From Octopus bimaculoides (Eukaryota): 64,000 nucleotides of DNA. Every line of letters starts with the position of its first letter. Positions within the stretch are counted from its first letter, which is position 1. The stretch is from contig NC_068992.1 of assembly GCF_001194135.2 (NCBI RefSeq), forward strand, positions 33,030,773 to 33,094,772. Direction: 5' to 3'. A program made the position numbers and the translations under genes. Under the pieces are notes generated by a model. The model made no database searches and was not told the DNA's origin. It saw only the letters and a list, made by a program, of their open reading frames with translations. Below are positions 24,197 through 36,980 of this stretch, one piece after another.

Positions 24197-26430
24197 TATA
24201 CATATACATCTGTAGTGGTTAAATGTGGATCATGGTAAACAGGTGCAAAAGGAATGTGTATGCCTTTGAAGTAAACAAATGAGTGAATGGATTCATAATT
24301 GAAAATAATTTATTCACTGGACTTAATTTGTCGTTGGTACACATAATTCTTCATGACATGCAAAATGTTGACAACTGCTACGAGTTGCTAGAAATAGAAA
24401 CCAGGGTACATCTGTGGAAATGATATGTCAGAAATTGAATACATGTTTGTGTGTGTACTTAGTTCATCTGAGACAGTAGTCTATCATGGAACTTCGAACA
24501 TTGCTGTGGTCTCTGAGAAAAGCTGTCGTGTAGTAGACGTTCCTCGTTTGGCTGCCTAAGGCCTTCTCTCCCTTCTGTCTTGTTGACCACTGAATTTATA
24601 AGAATCGTGGCAGCTAGAAGGACAGATATACTGTAGCAGAGATGTGCATCTATTGATTACTCGACTCACTAGAGGTCTAATAGAGGCAGGTTGTATTTCA
24701 GGGGCGCAAAAGATCAAATGGTAGAATAGGAAAGTTGGTTATACATCATTAGATGTATACCTGACTTTCCTATATAAAATTAATGGAATATAACGGAACG
24801 CTGAACTCCAGACTATCAACTTAAACAACATTTATTCAGGTGGTAAATATATACATCTGTTGCTCTTGTTTGTTGTTACAGCTTCTGTGTGTGTGAGCAT
24901 TGTTGTTGGGACGTTGTTATGTAGATGTAAGCGAGCTGTCGAGGGTAAGTCCGAAAGATGGAGAGTGACAGCTAAACACGTAAAGAGACTGTCTCCAGAG
25001 TTGGAATGTTGGAGACACTGCTTGACACGTCCATGCTCATGGCCGGCCGACCGAGAAAAGAGATAGAATAGAAGCGGGAATGCTTGCTTGTTTAATTCCA
25101 CGCATGCGCACGGCGTTACCACAGGGCTCCCTTGCCAGTGCAAAAACGCACGATAATATGAAATCTGTTAGAACGCCTGAGGCAGGATGGCCACTGAAAA
25201 CCACCCACAAGATGTAGCGCACAAAACAAATCGTGATGACTACTGTCCAGGAACTGGAATCACGGAATGTGAAAGTCTGAGTGTTTGTTTTTACTGAAAG
25301 GAAAGAAAATGTATGAGTGCACAAGTGTGTGTGTGAGAAAAAAAAACACAGAACATAGTGAAAGNNNNNNNNNNNNNNNNNNNNNNNNNNNNNNNNNNNN
25401 NNNNNNNNNNNNNNNNNNNNNNNNNNNNNNNNNNNNNNNNNNNNNNNNNNNNNNNNNNNNNNNNNNNNNNNNNNNNNNNNNNNNNNNNNNNNNNNNNNNN
25501 NNNNNNNNNNNNNNNNNNNNNNNNNNNNNNNNNNNNNNNNNNNNNNNNNNNNNNNNNNNNNNNNNNNNNNNNNNNNNNNNNNNNNNNNNNNNNNNNNNNN
25601 NNNNNNNNNNNNNNNNNNNNNNNNNNNNNNNNNNNNNNNNNNNNNNNNNNNNNNNNNNNNNNNNNNNNNNNNNNNNNNNNNNNNNNNNNNNNNNNNNNNN
25701 NNNNNNNNNNNNNNNNNNNNNNNNNNNNNNNNNNNNNNNNNNNNNNNNNNNNNNNNNNNNNNNNNNNNNNNNNNNNNNNNNNNNNNNNNNNNNNNNNNNN
25801 NNNNNNNNNNNNNNNNNNNNNNNNNNNNNNNNNNNNNNNNNNNNNNNNNNNNNNNNNNNNNNNNNNNNNNNNNNNNNNNNNNNNNNNNACACAAAATATA
25901 TATCAATGATGATATACAAATAATGTTATTCTACGATAACAAAAATAGCCAGTAACGAGACGATAAAAGATGACCGTATGAAATGAATAACAAGAGATAT
26001 TTTGTGTGGCATAAAAGATGTATGTGTACGTGAGAGTGTGAATGCGACATATAAGAACATAATAAAAGACAGGCCGTCTATATGTATGTGAGATATCACA
26101 GCAGTTAGAAAGTCAGTACACGTGAGAGTTTTATACCAAGTTCTTTGAGTACACAATTGGAAAATCGCAGGCTGTAATTCTTGTCTGTTTATCGTGAGTG
26201 GAAACATCCACTCTTACAGAGGCGAGTAAAAACCGCACTTGTTGATGTTGGTAATACGTAGTGAGTCGTGTTGACTATGGTTGGAGATGTTGGTGGCGTA
26301 GTAATCGTAGAATCGTGTTGGTCATGACGATGATGCTGGTTAGTAGTTCAGTCTCCATGGCCGCATTTGTTCTTTAGTCGGGTTCACCAGTTATAAGTGG
26401 GTAGTCCAGAGTCCATGCTGCGTTTGTTTC

Positions 26431-26447
26431 TTCGTCGGGGGTCACCA
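26431..26447 (-). other. Second primer-binding-site-like sequence, tRNA-Trp type
   Basis: TGGTGACCCCCGACGAA; a third degenerate copy, TGGTGAACCCGACTA, lies at 26375-26389. Confidence 0.7.
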
Positions 26448-27734
26448 CTTTATAGAAAGTGGGTTATTGCAGCTCAGCGGGAACGTTACGCACACAACAT
26501 TCTTCTGTTTGGCACAAATCCTGGTTCATTCAAAATAGATTTCTATCACGAACATATAACAAATGTTCATTAGTACAGTCAACAGCAATTGAAATATATA
26601 TCTTGAAACATCTCGAATTTATGAATTGGAAACCAAAGCAGCAAAACTAGAGTTGATCAAACACCTGTGAGAAACAATCTCACAGAAACTCCAGCAGCAA
26701 ACGGAGCTGGTCAAATCCCATGCGTCCGGGACAAGAGCGTAGGTGAACTCTAGTAAAATCACGTCTGCACGGTTCAGCGGCTGCGTCTCAGGTCCCAGAC
26801 TCTAGCGAGGAACGCGATGTAATGTTTTTCCCGCCAGTTTTCAGCGCATGCTCTGAGGGAACTTCCGTAGGCCTTCCAGAAGATTCCGACCCGCGCATGC
26901 CTGCTGACTTCACTACAACATCCTACAGCTGAGAAATAAGGTGAGTGAGTGTGTGCATTCTCTATCCATGATATCAGCAAAAGGTTTATTGCAGGATTCC
27001 ATTTTGGGTGAAAATGCCTTGAATGTGGTGCACAAGTGAAATGTGTCTGGTGTTGTTGTAGGCATTTGCTAAGATTAGCCAGAACGACGTCAGTGTGGCA
27101 TGCTGGCGAATTGCGTAGGACAAGCAGTTTTCTCTATTAACTTCGTGACCAGCCTGGGGTCAAACAGAGGCAAGGTGTGTCTGACAAGGGCGCAGAGAGC
27201 ATGAGCGGACATCCGACATACACAGAGTCGGGAAAAAGAGCTGAGTTGGCACAGACATAAGAAAATTATTCTAAAGGTACTATATTGTGGTGCATTTCTG
27301 CGCCCATATTCTGTACTTTCGGTGGGACCAACATCTCCCATATCGATGCGATCGGCTGCTGCTTTGACGCTGGATACCACGCGATAGGGCTTGTATCTGG
27401 TCTGTATCTGTGAAACCCGCTGAGTGATGAATGTACGCAAGTCGGAAATTTCCGAATCACTGGACGATGAAAAGAAAGGGTTGGTGGAAGGAATCGCTGC
27501 CTGGAATGCGATGTCAGTCGGAGATATGTTTTCCGCTGGGTTCTGATCTGGGAGAGCAATTGTGTGCGCAGGAATTCTCAGTTCTGTTTCATTGTCGGGT
27601 GATGTGCAGGCTGGGAATCTTCGACGGGATCAGGAACGTAGTGCCGAAATGGAAAATTCAACCGCAGTCCAAAATAGCTTTCGTTTTCTAAATGCAGTTC
27701 GGTTGGTTAAGCTGTTTCAAAGGAAGGCTGCAAT

Positions 27735-27752
27735 TCATTGACGAGGTCACCA
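27735..27752 (-). other. Primer-binding site, tRNA-Trp type
   Basis: TGGTGACCTCG lies 2 nt after the LTR end; the complement of the tRNA-Trp 3' end is TGGTGACCCCGACG. Confidence 0.75.
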
Positions 27753-28407
27753 AATGTAGTGGTTAAATGTGGATCGTGGTAAACAGATGCAAAAGGAATG
27801 TGTATGCCTTTGAAGTAAACAAATAAGTGAATGGATTCATAATTGAAAATAATTTATTCGCTGGACTTAATTTGTCGTTGGTACACATAATTCTTCACTA
27901 CATGCAAAATGTTGACAACTGCTACGAGCTGCTAGAAATACAAACCAGGGTACATCTGTGGAAATGATATGTCAGAAATTGAATATATGTTTGTGTGTGT
28001 GTACTTCATCTGAGACAGTAGTCTACTGTGGAACTTCAAACATTGCTGTGGTCTCTGAGAAAAGCTGTCGTGTAGTAGACGTTCCTACTTTGGCTGCCTA
28101 AGGCCTTCTCTCCCTTCTGTCTTGTTGACCACTGAATTTATAAGAATCGTGGCAGCCAGAAGGACAGACATACTGCAGCAGAGTTTGTACCTAAATAGGT
28201 CAGCTCCTGTCCATTTGAACTCCACCTGACATGGCCTTAGGTCGAAGGTTAAAGGGAGATCATCAATCACTTTTTGACAGGACAAAGAAAACCTGTTTTT
28301 GCGCCTGTTGATCGTGGTTTGGACGACCGAGAATTCTTAGATTCGGTTTCGAATCTAGGCTTGGAGAAGGAAGTGTTAAGTTTTATATATTTATACATAA
28401 TGTTTTC

Positions 28408-28968
28408 TTTCTGGTAAAAGCTGGTTTGTAGGGTTATCTTGGGTTTCTTGTCCATAAACGGTTTAACTTTATGACGTATCTTCAGACTCCAAGACCTGTT
28501 TGGCCTATGACCTCCATAAAATATGGACGGTAAAAGTCTGGATTATCTCTCTTTGCTAATGAATATTGACTTCTGGCCGTACTGCCATCGATCAGCTATG
28601 AGGTTAATCAATAGGGGATTATCTCCTTCTCTCATTAGCTATCAACTTCTGGCAGTTCCCGAAAGGCCAGCAAAAATCTCCTAAAACACAAACAGGAATT
28701 TTCTACTGGCATTTTGGGAACTGCCAGAAGTTAATAGCTAATGGGAGAGGGAGATAATCTCCTATTGTTTACCGTCATAGCTGATCGCTGACAGTACAGC
28801 CGGAAGTCAAATCCATTAGCAAAGGGAGATAATCTAGACTTTCCCCTCCATATCATATGGAGGTCATAGGCCAACAGGTCTTGGGAACCTGAAGATACGC
28901 CATAAAGTTAAACCTTTTATGGACAGGAGACCCAGGGTAACCCCATAAACCAGCCTTCACCAGGAAAA
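28408..28968. mobile_element. Foldback/MITE-like element with ~275-bp arms and an 11-nt loop
   Basis: 28408-28682 pairs with 28694-28968, e.g. GACCTGTTTGGCCTATGACCTCCATA vs TATGGAGGTCATAGGCCAACAGGTC; identity roughly 80% by eye. Confidence 0.85.
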
Positions 28969-31900
28969 TGTATAGACTACTCTACTTCTTAGAATATGCC
29001 TCTTCTCCCAATTTATGTTTTTCTAAAAACAACACACACACACAGAGTCAGATACTTGCACACAGACACACATATATGTGTATAATACGTATGCATGTAT
29101 GTATATTTTATTTAAGTTCTTCTGAAGTGAGTTTAAGCCAGTCACTAAGAAATTTTGAGTTAAGAGTGTTCCAAGTTTTCCCAAAAAATGTTTTTGAGAT
29201 GGTGTGTTAGTTAAGCTGTCACATACACCCAAGCATGTGCGTCTATTCACCTAAAGAATTTTGATATGTACAAATGAGAATTAATAGTCAAGGTGCTAGA
29301 GCTATAAGTTCCACATTAATTCACTATAGATGTTCCCTTATTTCCAAGACATTAAATTATATCTGCTACTTAAGTAGTTCATGTCAATCTGGCAGCTGAT
29401 CTCTACAACAGTGTATGACTTTTGCTCCATGTTCCATATAAAAATATCTGGCCTGTTGTGATTTATCAGAAGCTCTGAAACAGCTCACAGAGAGGTAAGA
29501 TGGTATTCTCAAATCAGACACCTGGCCTGAATGCTTGCAACAGAATGGACACTGTGAAAGGCAACTAAGAGACAAGTGATGGTGTTGAACTCTGCAAAGT
29601 GTTCAAACTACCACATAAATAAGCTATGACTGGATTTGAACTCAGAAAGAGCAAAGAGCTAGGATAAATATAAAAACAAACAGCCCTTCCTATGCTATAG
29701 CAAATCAGTCAGTTGACCACCAAAGACTGATGCTTTAGTTATTCTGTCTGAAAGGATAAAAGGCAAAGTTGTCATCTGCATGAACTGAACTCAGAATACA
29801 AAAATGCCAAAATAAAAAATTCTGCAAGGCATTTCATACAATAACCTTAACACTTCTCTCAATTTGCCAAATCTGTCTGTCTATCTATCTAACTCTTTCT
29901 GTGTATTTTTTATTTCACAGGGGAAGAGTGAATCAAGTGCATTTTGTATACTCTTCAAATGTTAAGCTATGAGAAAAGCTGTTCATTAATCAGTGGATGA
30001 AATGTATTAAACAATGTGTCATGACATTGTGGTGGAATAAAACTGTAGTGGAAGAATAGGACAAAACAAGATACAAGAAAAAGGGAAAGAAAAAAGATGA
30101 AAAACTACTGAAGTCATCTCTGGAAATATATATGTATAAGCTGTCAAGTTGCAATGAGGCTGGATGAAAACAAATGGAGCTGCACTGCACCATAAACCCT
30201 TCCATCTCAAGCAAAAAAAAAAAGACACAAAAACAAAAAGGAAAATATGATAATGACAAGCATGATGATGAAATTGATGATTTACTTTATTATTATAAAC
30301 AGCACTGAAGTTTTCTTTCCCTTCTCCTACAATTCTCTCTCTCTTTTATTCCTTTAGTTATATCCCTTATGCAAACACACACACACACACACACAATATC
30401 AAATCCACAAATTTGGTCATTTCCTCGCTAAAGCTAAAGTCATCATATCTGCTATTGAAAATGATTACATTTACTATAACATCAGATTTACTTCCCATTA
30501 TGCTAGATTCACCAAAGCATAAAAATGAGGATATTATGGCTTTGAAAAGTTTGCAAAGTAATAAATATCTGATTTATATTAAATCACCTTAAATTTTATT
30601 GATTGAAAACACAATGCCGACGCAGCAGTGTGTACTGCTGTTAATTTTGAACAGACAGCAGATTTACCAACAACAGCCACATATATTTTCAAGGTTTATT
30701 GACACTTAGCAAATAGAGATAAAGCTTTTAAGGCACAAATGTAGATTGGAAATTGGAATTGAGTCTCTTTGACACCAAACCAAAATATTCTGCAGATGTT
30801 ATGATTGGAGATATTAAAGAGCAGTTTCTGGCATCAACTAACTCTGAACAATGATCCTGATAAAGTACAGAATTTAAGCATTGCATTATTTATGCTAGTG
30901 TCTGTGTGTGTTTGTGTTTACACCATATGCCTATGTATGTGCTTGTGTGTATTTCTGCAGAGTGTATATGCACTAGTTTTTGTAATGTGATTATACATGT
31001 GTGCATGGTGCATTATGTACATATACATGTGTGAGATGTTTGTGAATGTGTGTGGTTTTATACTGCCTATATGTGCTATTTTGTTATATGCATGTATGAG
31101 TGTATGATTGCACAATGAGCATAAGCATGTACTTGTATGAAGTATATGTTTGTGTTTATGCACTGTGTATGTGTGTGTTATGCTATTTGGGTGTATATCT
31201 ATTTTTGCACTACATGTATATGTTTATGTATGTTAATGCTTTCTTTTTATTTATTTGTTAGGTCAAAAGAGGATAGTATCTAGGACTCTCATAGGCCCTC
31301 CTGATGTGGTATTATTGATCTGGCCAATGCCTAATATGAGCATCTGCAGATCAACGTTTGCATAGAAATCTGTGGAGGAGATGGTAATCAGGTAGTGCAT
31401 AGTTAATGCTACCATAAGTGTTTAATGACTACGTTATGGTATTAATATGCATGGATGTATGTGTGTGCATCAGTGTATTTGTATTTTATAATATGACCTC
31501 CCTAGATCTCATAAAAAAATAGCAAAATTTTATTATAGAATAAATTATGAAAATAATATGCATGAAAAGGTAAGTCAGAAATATGAGTGAGTTTTGTAGA
31601 TAGAATCATGATGATGTTAAAAGTTTGAGATGCCAATGTGTGGGTGTAAATCATTTGGTATAGTAAACTTTCACTCTATATCTGTCAAGTATCTAATTTG
31701 CTCTTGTACTTACATTCCATCCATCCATCTTTCTAGCCAGCCAGCCATCAGTTCATCCAATTATCCATCTATCCATCCATCCAAATATCTATCGATTGCA
31801 GTCACACCCTTTCTTTATTTTCTTTTACAATATGCAAATATAAATCAAACTCTATACTTGACTACTACTTCATTTCGTCAAATACAGGAGGATGAAAGAC

Positions 31901-33217
31901 AAAGTTGACATATACAAGATTTCAACTCTGCAAGTAAAGAGTTTTAAGTGAATACAACACAGTGTGTTGTTCAATGCTCTAAAGATTCTACCAATCCACT
32001 GGAAAAAGAAGTTCCAGACAGTGTAATGAGGGAGATATAGTCTACTAAAACCCATTGAGAGCAGTGCTTTTATATAGCTGTAGACCAATAATTGAAATGA
32101 TGAACAGAATACATACATATAATGTAATAGAGTTATGTATATTTATGTATGTGTATGTCTAAGTACATATATATGCATCCGCTTTAACCACCATCACTTG
32201 TAATTTCTATCAAGAGATGATGTTGAAATCATATATAAATTTTGATTTATTTTTATCTCTTTTTATTCTTTCTTTGTAATCTTCCCTATAATGGACAATA
32301 CTGTATTTTCTACACCTTCTTATACTTCCTTCTATCCATCATAATTGCTTCTTTCATTCATACTCAGACAGTCATTCAATCTCTTTCTTTCACTCTTCTT
32401 CATGACATCGCTTTTACGCTCTAACATATTTCTGACTTTTTTCTTAGAATCTCCTGCTTCCATTTTCCAATAAACGGCACACAATCGACTTCTTACTCTT
32501 CAAATGTCCTTTTTACAACTTCTTTTTCATTCAGTCATTCATTTCCCCACCTCTCTCTCTCTCTCTCCATCTTTCACATACGTGTGTATCTCTGTATGTT
32601 AATTTGATGCACACTAAACACCTATGAATGAAACACGATTATGTACAGTCACTTAATGTGTGTGAACATTTGGACATGGACGGACAACATGTTGTGCATG
32701 CTGTCTTGAAAGAAGAAATCCTCTTTAAAGACAATAGGAGTGTAAACATACTACTAGGCCATGAATGATGTCACCAGACTACAGGAAGCATGCGTTTTTG
32801 TGTTGCAACACTTATTCAGTTACATGTGCCATCATTCATGGCCACTAATAACTGCTCTCTCGTATATTAGTATAACGAATGATATATATGCTAATCTGCA
32901 AAAACTTTGTCTAGCTAGAATATATTTATCAGATGTGCACAAAACAGTATTGAATGAAATATAGTTAAGTCATATTTAACAAGACCTCATACATACAGAC
33001 ATGGAAAGACAAACATTTATTTTCTTGATGCAGCTCGTATACAAACATGTTCAGTATTACTGTACATGACTATTTTTCATTTAATGTTGCGTAGTATATG
33101 TCTAATTCCTATATTACAACCTGACAAATCTTTACATACATCAGCAATGGCACCATTTGATATTCTAATACAAGAGCAACCAGATCTTAGTGGCCATGAA
33201 CCATGGCTTATTATATA

Positions 33218-33260
33218 TGTAGCTGATGAAATGTACCAAGACAGAAACAAGTGTCCTATG
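33218..33260 (+). ncRNA. Orphan hammerhead-like motif
   Basis: TGTAG CTGATGA AATGTACCAAGACA GAAA CAAGT GTC CTATG: canonical core and GUC triplet, weak stem II. Confidence 0.3.
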
Positions 33261-33530
33261 ATTAGGTGATGTCATTTACAACTTGGTGGTGTGTTTACAC
33301 CCATAGTGTCTACAAAAAGAATTTTCCTCTCTCAACACAAATTGTGTAGTATATATAATATACATAATATTGTGGATGCAAACTTGGAAAGGAAGATACC
33401 TAAACAGAGATGCAAAGAGAGTTATGATGTGAAATGGTAGACAAAGAAACCAATAAAAAGGTAAGTGTATAGAAAGAAAGAGGGATAGATAGTTAGATAG
33501 AGAATACACACACACTGATATATACATGTT

Positions 33531-33577
<47 letters not shown>

Positions 33578-33579
<2 letters not shown>

Positions 33580-33720
33580 TATCATCATGAATTAGTATCT
33601 GTCTTCCATGCTGGCATGGGTCAAATGGAGCTTGTAAGCTAGAGTGCTGCACCAAGCTCCAGTCTGCTTTGGCTTGGTTTTTACAGATGGATGCCCTTCC
33701 TAATGCCAGCCGCTCCACAG
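33578..33720 (-). mobile_element. Diverged (GAT)n-tailed SINE-like repeat
   Basis: CCATGCTGGCATGGGTC...ACAGATGGATGCCCTTCCTAATGCCAGCC is the reverse complement of the family core. Confidence 0.7.
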
Positions 33721-34189
33721 AGTGTGCTTGCTATCTTTTGTGTCACCAGCACAGGTGCCCTTTATGTGACACTGACACAGAGGCCTTTCACATTTGACCA
33801 GCATGGCACCCTTTCATATGTCACCAATATAGGTGCCTTTCATGTATCACCAGTACTGGTCACAACCATGATTTCACTTAGCTTGATGTGTTTTCTCAAG
33901 TACAGCAAATTAGCATACATATGCACACACACACACGCGCATGGCTATGTGGCTCACACAGCCAACTTTTCAACCATGTAGTTTCAAATTCAAACCCAGT
34001 AAATGGGGAAACATTTTCTACTATAGCCCACAACCAAGGCCTTATGATTGAATTTATTAGATAGAAATATGGAGATTGTATGGATGCCCATCATGTATGC
34101 GTGTGTGTGTGTCAACATAAGTATGCAAGTATGTAAATAAGTATATGTATGTGAGAGAGAGAGAGACACCCTCCCTCCGCCCTTCAGTC

Positions 34190-34470
34190 AGAAATGACCA
34201 AGAGATTGCACCTAGAAAGTTCCCTTCTGAAGCACAAGTCCAGGTAGGTTTGTTTGTGGAAGACTAGCAGTTGCCCATGCATACCAAGGGAAACATAAAG
34301 CTTGATACAGCTTTGCACCAGTAATGTTGCAACTCATTTCTTCAGCTCAATGAACTGGAGTGATGTGAAATAAAGTGTCTTTCTCAAGAACATGACACAC
34401 AGCCCAAACTGGGAAATGAGCACACAATCTCATGATTGTAAACTCAATGCTCTAACCATTGAGCCATGCA
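34190..34470 (-). mobile_element. tRNA-headed SINE, same family as 59520-59815
   Basis: Reverse complement begins TGGCTCAATGGTTAGAGCA; shares CAGTTGCCCATGCATACCA and TGAACTGGAG...TGAAATAAAGTGTCT with the 59520 copy. Confidence 0.75.
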
Positions 34471-34472
34471 CC

Positions 34473-34528
<56 letters not shown>

Positions 34529-34606
34529 NNNNNNNNNNNNNNNNNNNNNNNNNNNNNNNNNNNNNNNNNNNNNNNNNNNNNNNNNNNNNNNNNNNNNNNN
34601 NNNNNN

Positions 34607-34650
<44 letters not shown>

Positions 34651-35454
34651 GCACACACACACATATTTATATATATTATACATACATACTGATGATGATG
34701 ATGGTAGCATGATTTTACTAAAGGACTTCTTACGTCGTCAGCACAAGTCCAGACTTTTTCATATGAGAAATATAAACAATGCAGTGGATTCTAGTACATA
34801 GATGTTACTTGTTTTATTGAAGCTGGAGTAATAAAATGCCAAGTCAACACTATTGGGATTTCAAATTAAATTATAAATGGATGAATGTAAATACAGTCAA
34901 ACATTCTATGTGGCAATCTACAGTCTCTGACATTCTACCATTCTGATCTGAACCAATGTTATTCAATTACATTTACATGAAGAATATCCTATATAGTTGC
35001 TGATACTACAGTTTTTGCAGCAAGTTGGGTTTGCAGCAGCCTTGGATCCAGCAAGGTCTGTTCAAGAAATGCATTAAACTCTCAGTCGCTGCATCACTCT
35101 TCAAATTTGGTTGCTTATTAATAAAAACGTGTGTTTGTGTCTCTTTGAGCTGTCTTGTGATAGCTGTAGATAAGTGCCAATATTATACAAGCAGTGTCAT
35201 TGATTTCCAGTATTCTATGAGAAAATAACTGGCCATGAGAGAATATTGCTTGGAAACAGGTGAGAGCTGGCAACAGGAATGGCATCTGGTGGCTGAATAT
35301 CTGCCTCAATAAACTCTGATCTTTAGAAGCTTGGGAAAGTGGACATTAAAACAATGAAGATGATATACATACACAAACATATATACCAATACATAAAAAT
35401 ACATATATGCATATTTATGTAAAAATGTATTTACATATATGCATACACACAGAT

Positions 35455-35835
35455 TCTTTCATTCTTTTACTTGTTTCAGTAATTTGACTGTAACCATACT
35501 GGAGCACTGCCTTAAAGGGTTTTAGTCAAAGAAATTAACCCCAGGACTTATTCTTTGGAAGCCTAGTACTTATTCTATTGGTTTCTTTTGCCGAACCACT
35601 AAGTTACAGGGACGTAAACACACCAACATCGGTTGTCAAGTGATGGTTGGGTGACAAACATAGACACAAAGACATGCACACATAATATATACTTATACAT
35701 GTATATGATGGGCTTCTTTCAGTTTCCTTCTCTCAAATACACTCACAAGCATTTAGTCAGCCTAAAGTTATAGTAGAGGACACTTGTCCAAGGTGCCATG
35801 TGTTTGGGAAGCAAGCTTCTTACCAAACAGCCACA
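35455..35835 (-). mobile_element. tRNA-derived SINE (same family as 19140)
   Basis: TTCTTTTACTTGTTTCAG...GGAGCACTGCC...CCGAACCACTAAGTTACAGGGACGTAAACAC...GAGGACACTTGTCCAAGGTGCC. Confidence 0.75.
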
Positions 35836-36980
35836 CAAATATATATTCATCCAGACTAGATGACAAGATAGTGGCAAAGCTCAATGAGCTGGTAGATAGA
35901 AAAGCCCTGAAATGCAAGTAGGAGGTAGAGGGTGCTTTTTCTCTGAAGACCCTCCATTGTTCAGCTCTCCCTAGAATTTCTTGCTACCTATATACACATA
36001 CAAATATATAAATATCTTTATACACAAACTCATGTATACACATACACATGCACATGTTCAATACTACACGTGTAAATACATGTAAAGACATTTATATGTG
36101 CACATAAGGGAAGTTCTCACCTATTGGCTTGCTTGGACCTCAGTTGTATTCAAAGAAGTAACTACTTGTAATTTTGAAATTACATTATATATACAGGCAT
36201 ACAACTGTGCATAAAATTTGTTATCTAAATATTTCTGCGAAACTACTTATTTTTGCACAACCATCAGATTCATATATAATACACACACACACAGATAGAT
36301 AAATACTTTACTGTTCTATTGTGGTAAGAGAAACAAACAATGTACTCCATCCGGTGAGAGATAAATCTCATTTATGCAAATGTTATTAACAGCTCAAACA
36401 TGTTTGTGGCACATTCAAACCTGTAAGCAAGCCATTCACTGTGTTTTGTCATGGAGAAAACCAGGCCACATTACTGCTTACCACTCACGCCCAGTAAATC
36501 TCATTTAATGTACATAGTCTAAAGATTCAAGGTATTAATAGTTTCCTGCCTGGAGATACAGAGACAGGCAACTTTTCTGCCTGTGCTATCAAAACCACTC
36601 ACCTGATGACGTGCCGGTGCTCAGTGGCTGCTGGATCATAATTATTTATAAAATAATTTATGCAATAGTATGATATGGAAAACTCAGCAACTAAGAACTG
36701 CTTCCATTGCACAGAAAAAATTGTTGATTTGTTCATTCCATTTTCTTGTTTTATAATTTTTATATAAATTCTACGTACACTTAAAAGAGTTCCACGTGTA
36801 TATCCAGTAAAAGGAATAATTGTACTGTGTAATGGCATATGGTAGCCGATAACAGTATAGAAGCTTTGAAATGCATGTCATGAGGTTATCACCCAGATGA
36901 TAATCATTGAGATTACATATATGTGTGTGTGTGTGTTTTTAATAATAAACACCAAATTGCACGTAGCACTGAGTGGATAA

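Larger units (their letters stand above)
24211..28279 (-). mobile_element. Mosaic LTR-retrotransposon remnant, non-autonomous, with no recognisable pol
   Basis: Direct repeats 24211-24641 / 27755-28183 (~95%). On the minus strand the upstream copy ends CCACTACA-TT-TGGTGACCTCG (PBS). The downstream LTR starts TGTGGT at 25123 after GCAAGGGAGCCC (PPT-like) and ends ACTACA at 24211. Confidence 0.75.

Noticed and set aside
28200-28270. Minus-strand TGATGA...CTGA spacing like a C/D-box snoRNA
   Set aside because: No terminal stem or recognisable rRNA antisense element, and it lies inside an LTR-like block.
31262-31383. Strong acceptor followed by a possible donor (exon-like)
   Set aside because: Stops in all three frames; a non-coding exon cannot be judged without RNA data.
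33066-33269. 67-aa plus ORF with an overlapping open minus frame and a GTATGT donor
   Set aside because: No recognisable domain on either strand; the length is within chance expectation.
36320-36640. Cluster of splice-like motifs (minus CAG|GTGAGT), an ATGCAAAT octamer and TGACGT
   Set aside because: Short motifs expected by chance in 64 kb; no supporting ORF or snRNA-like sequence.
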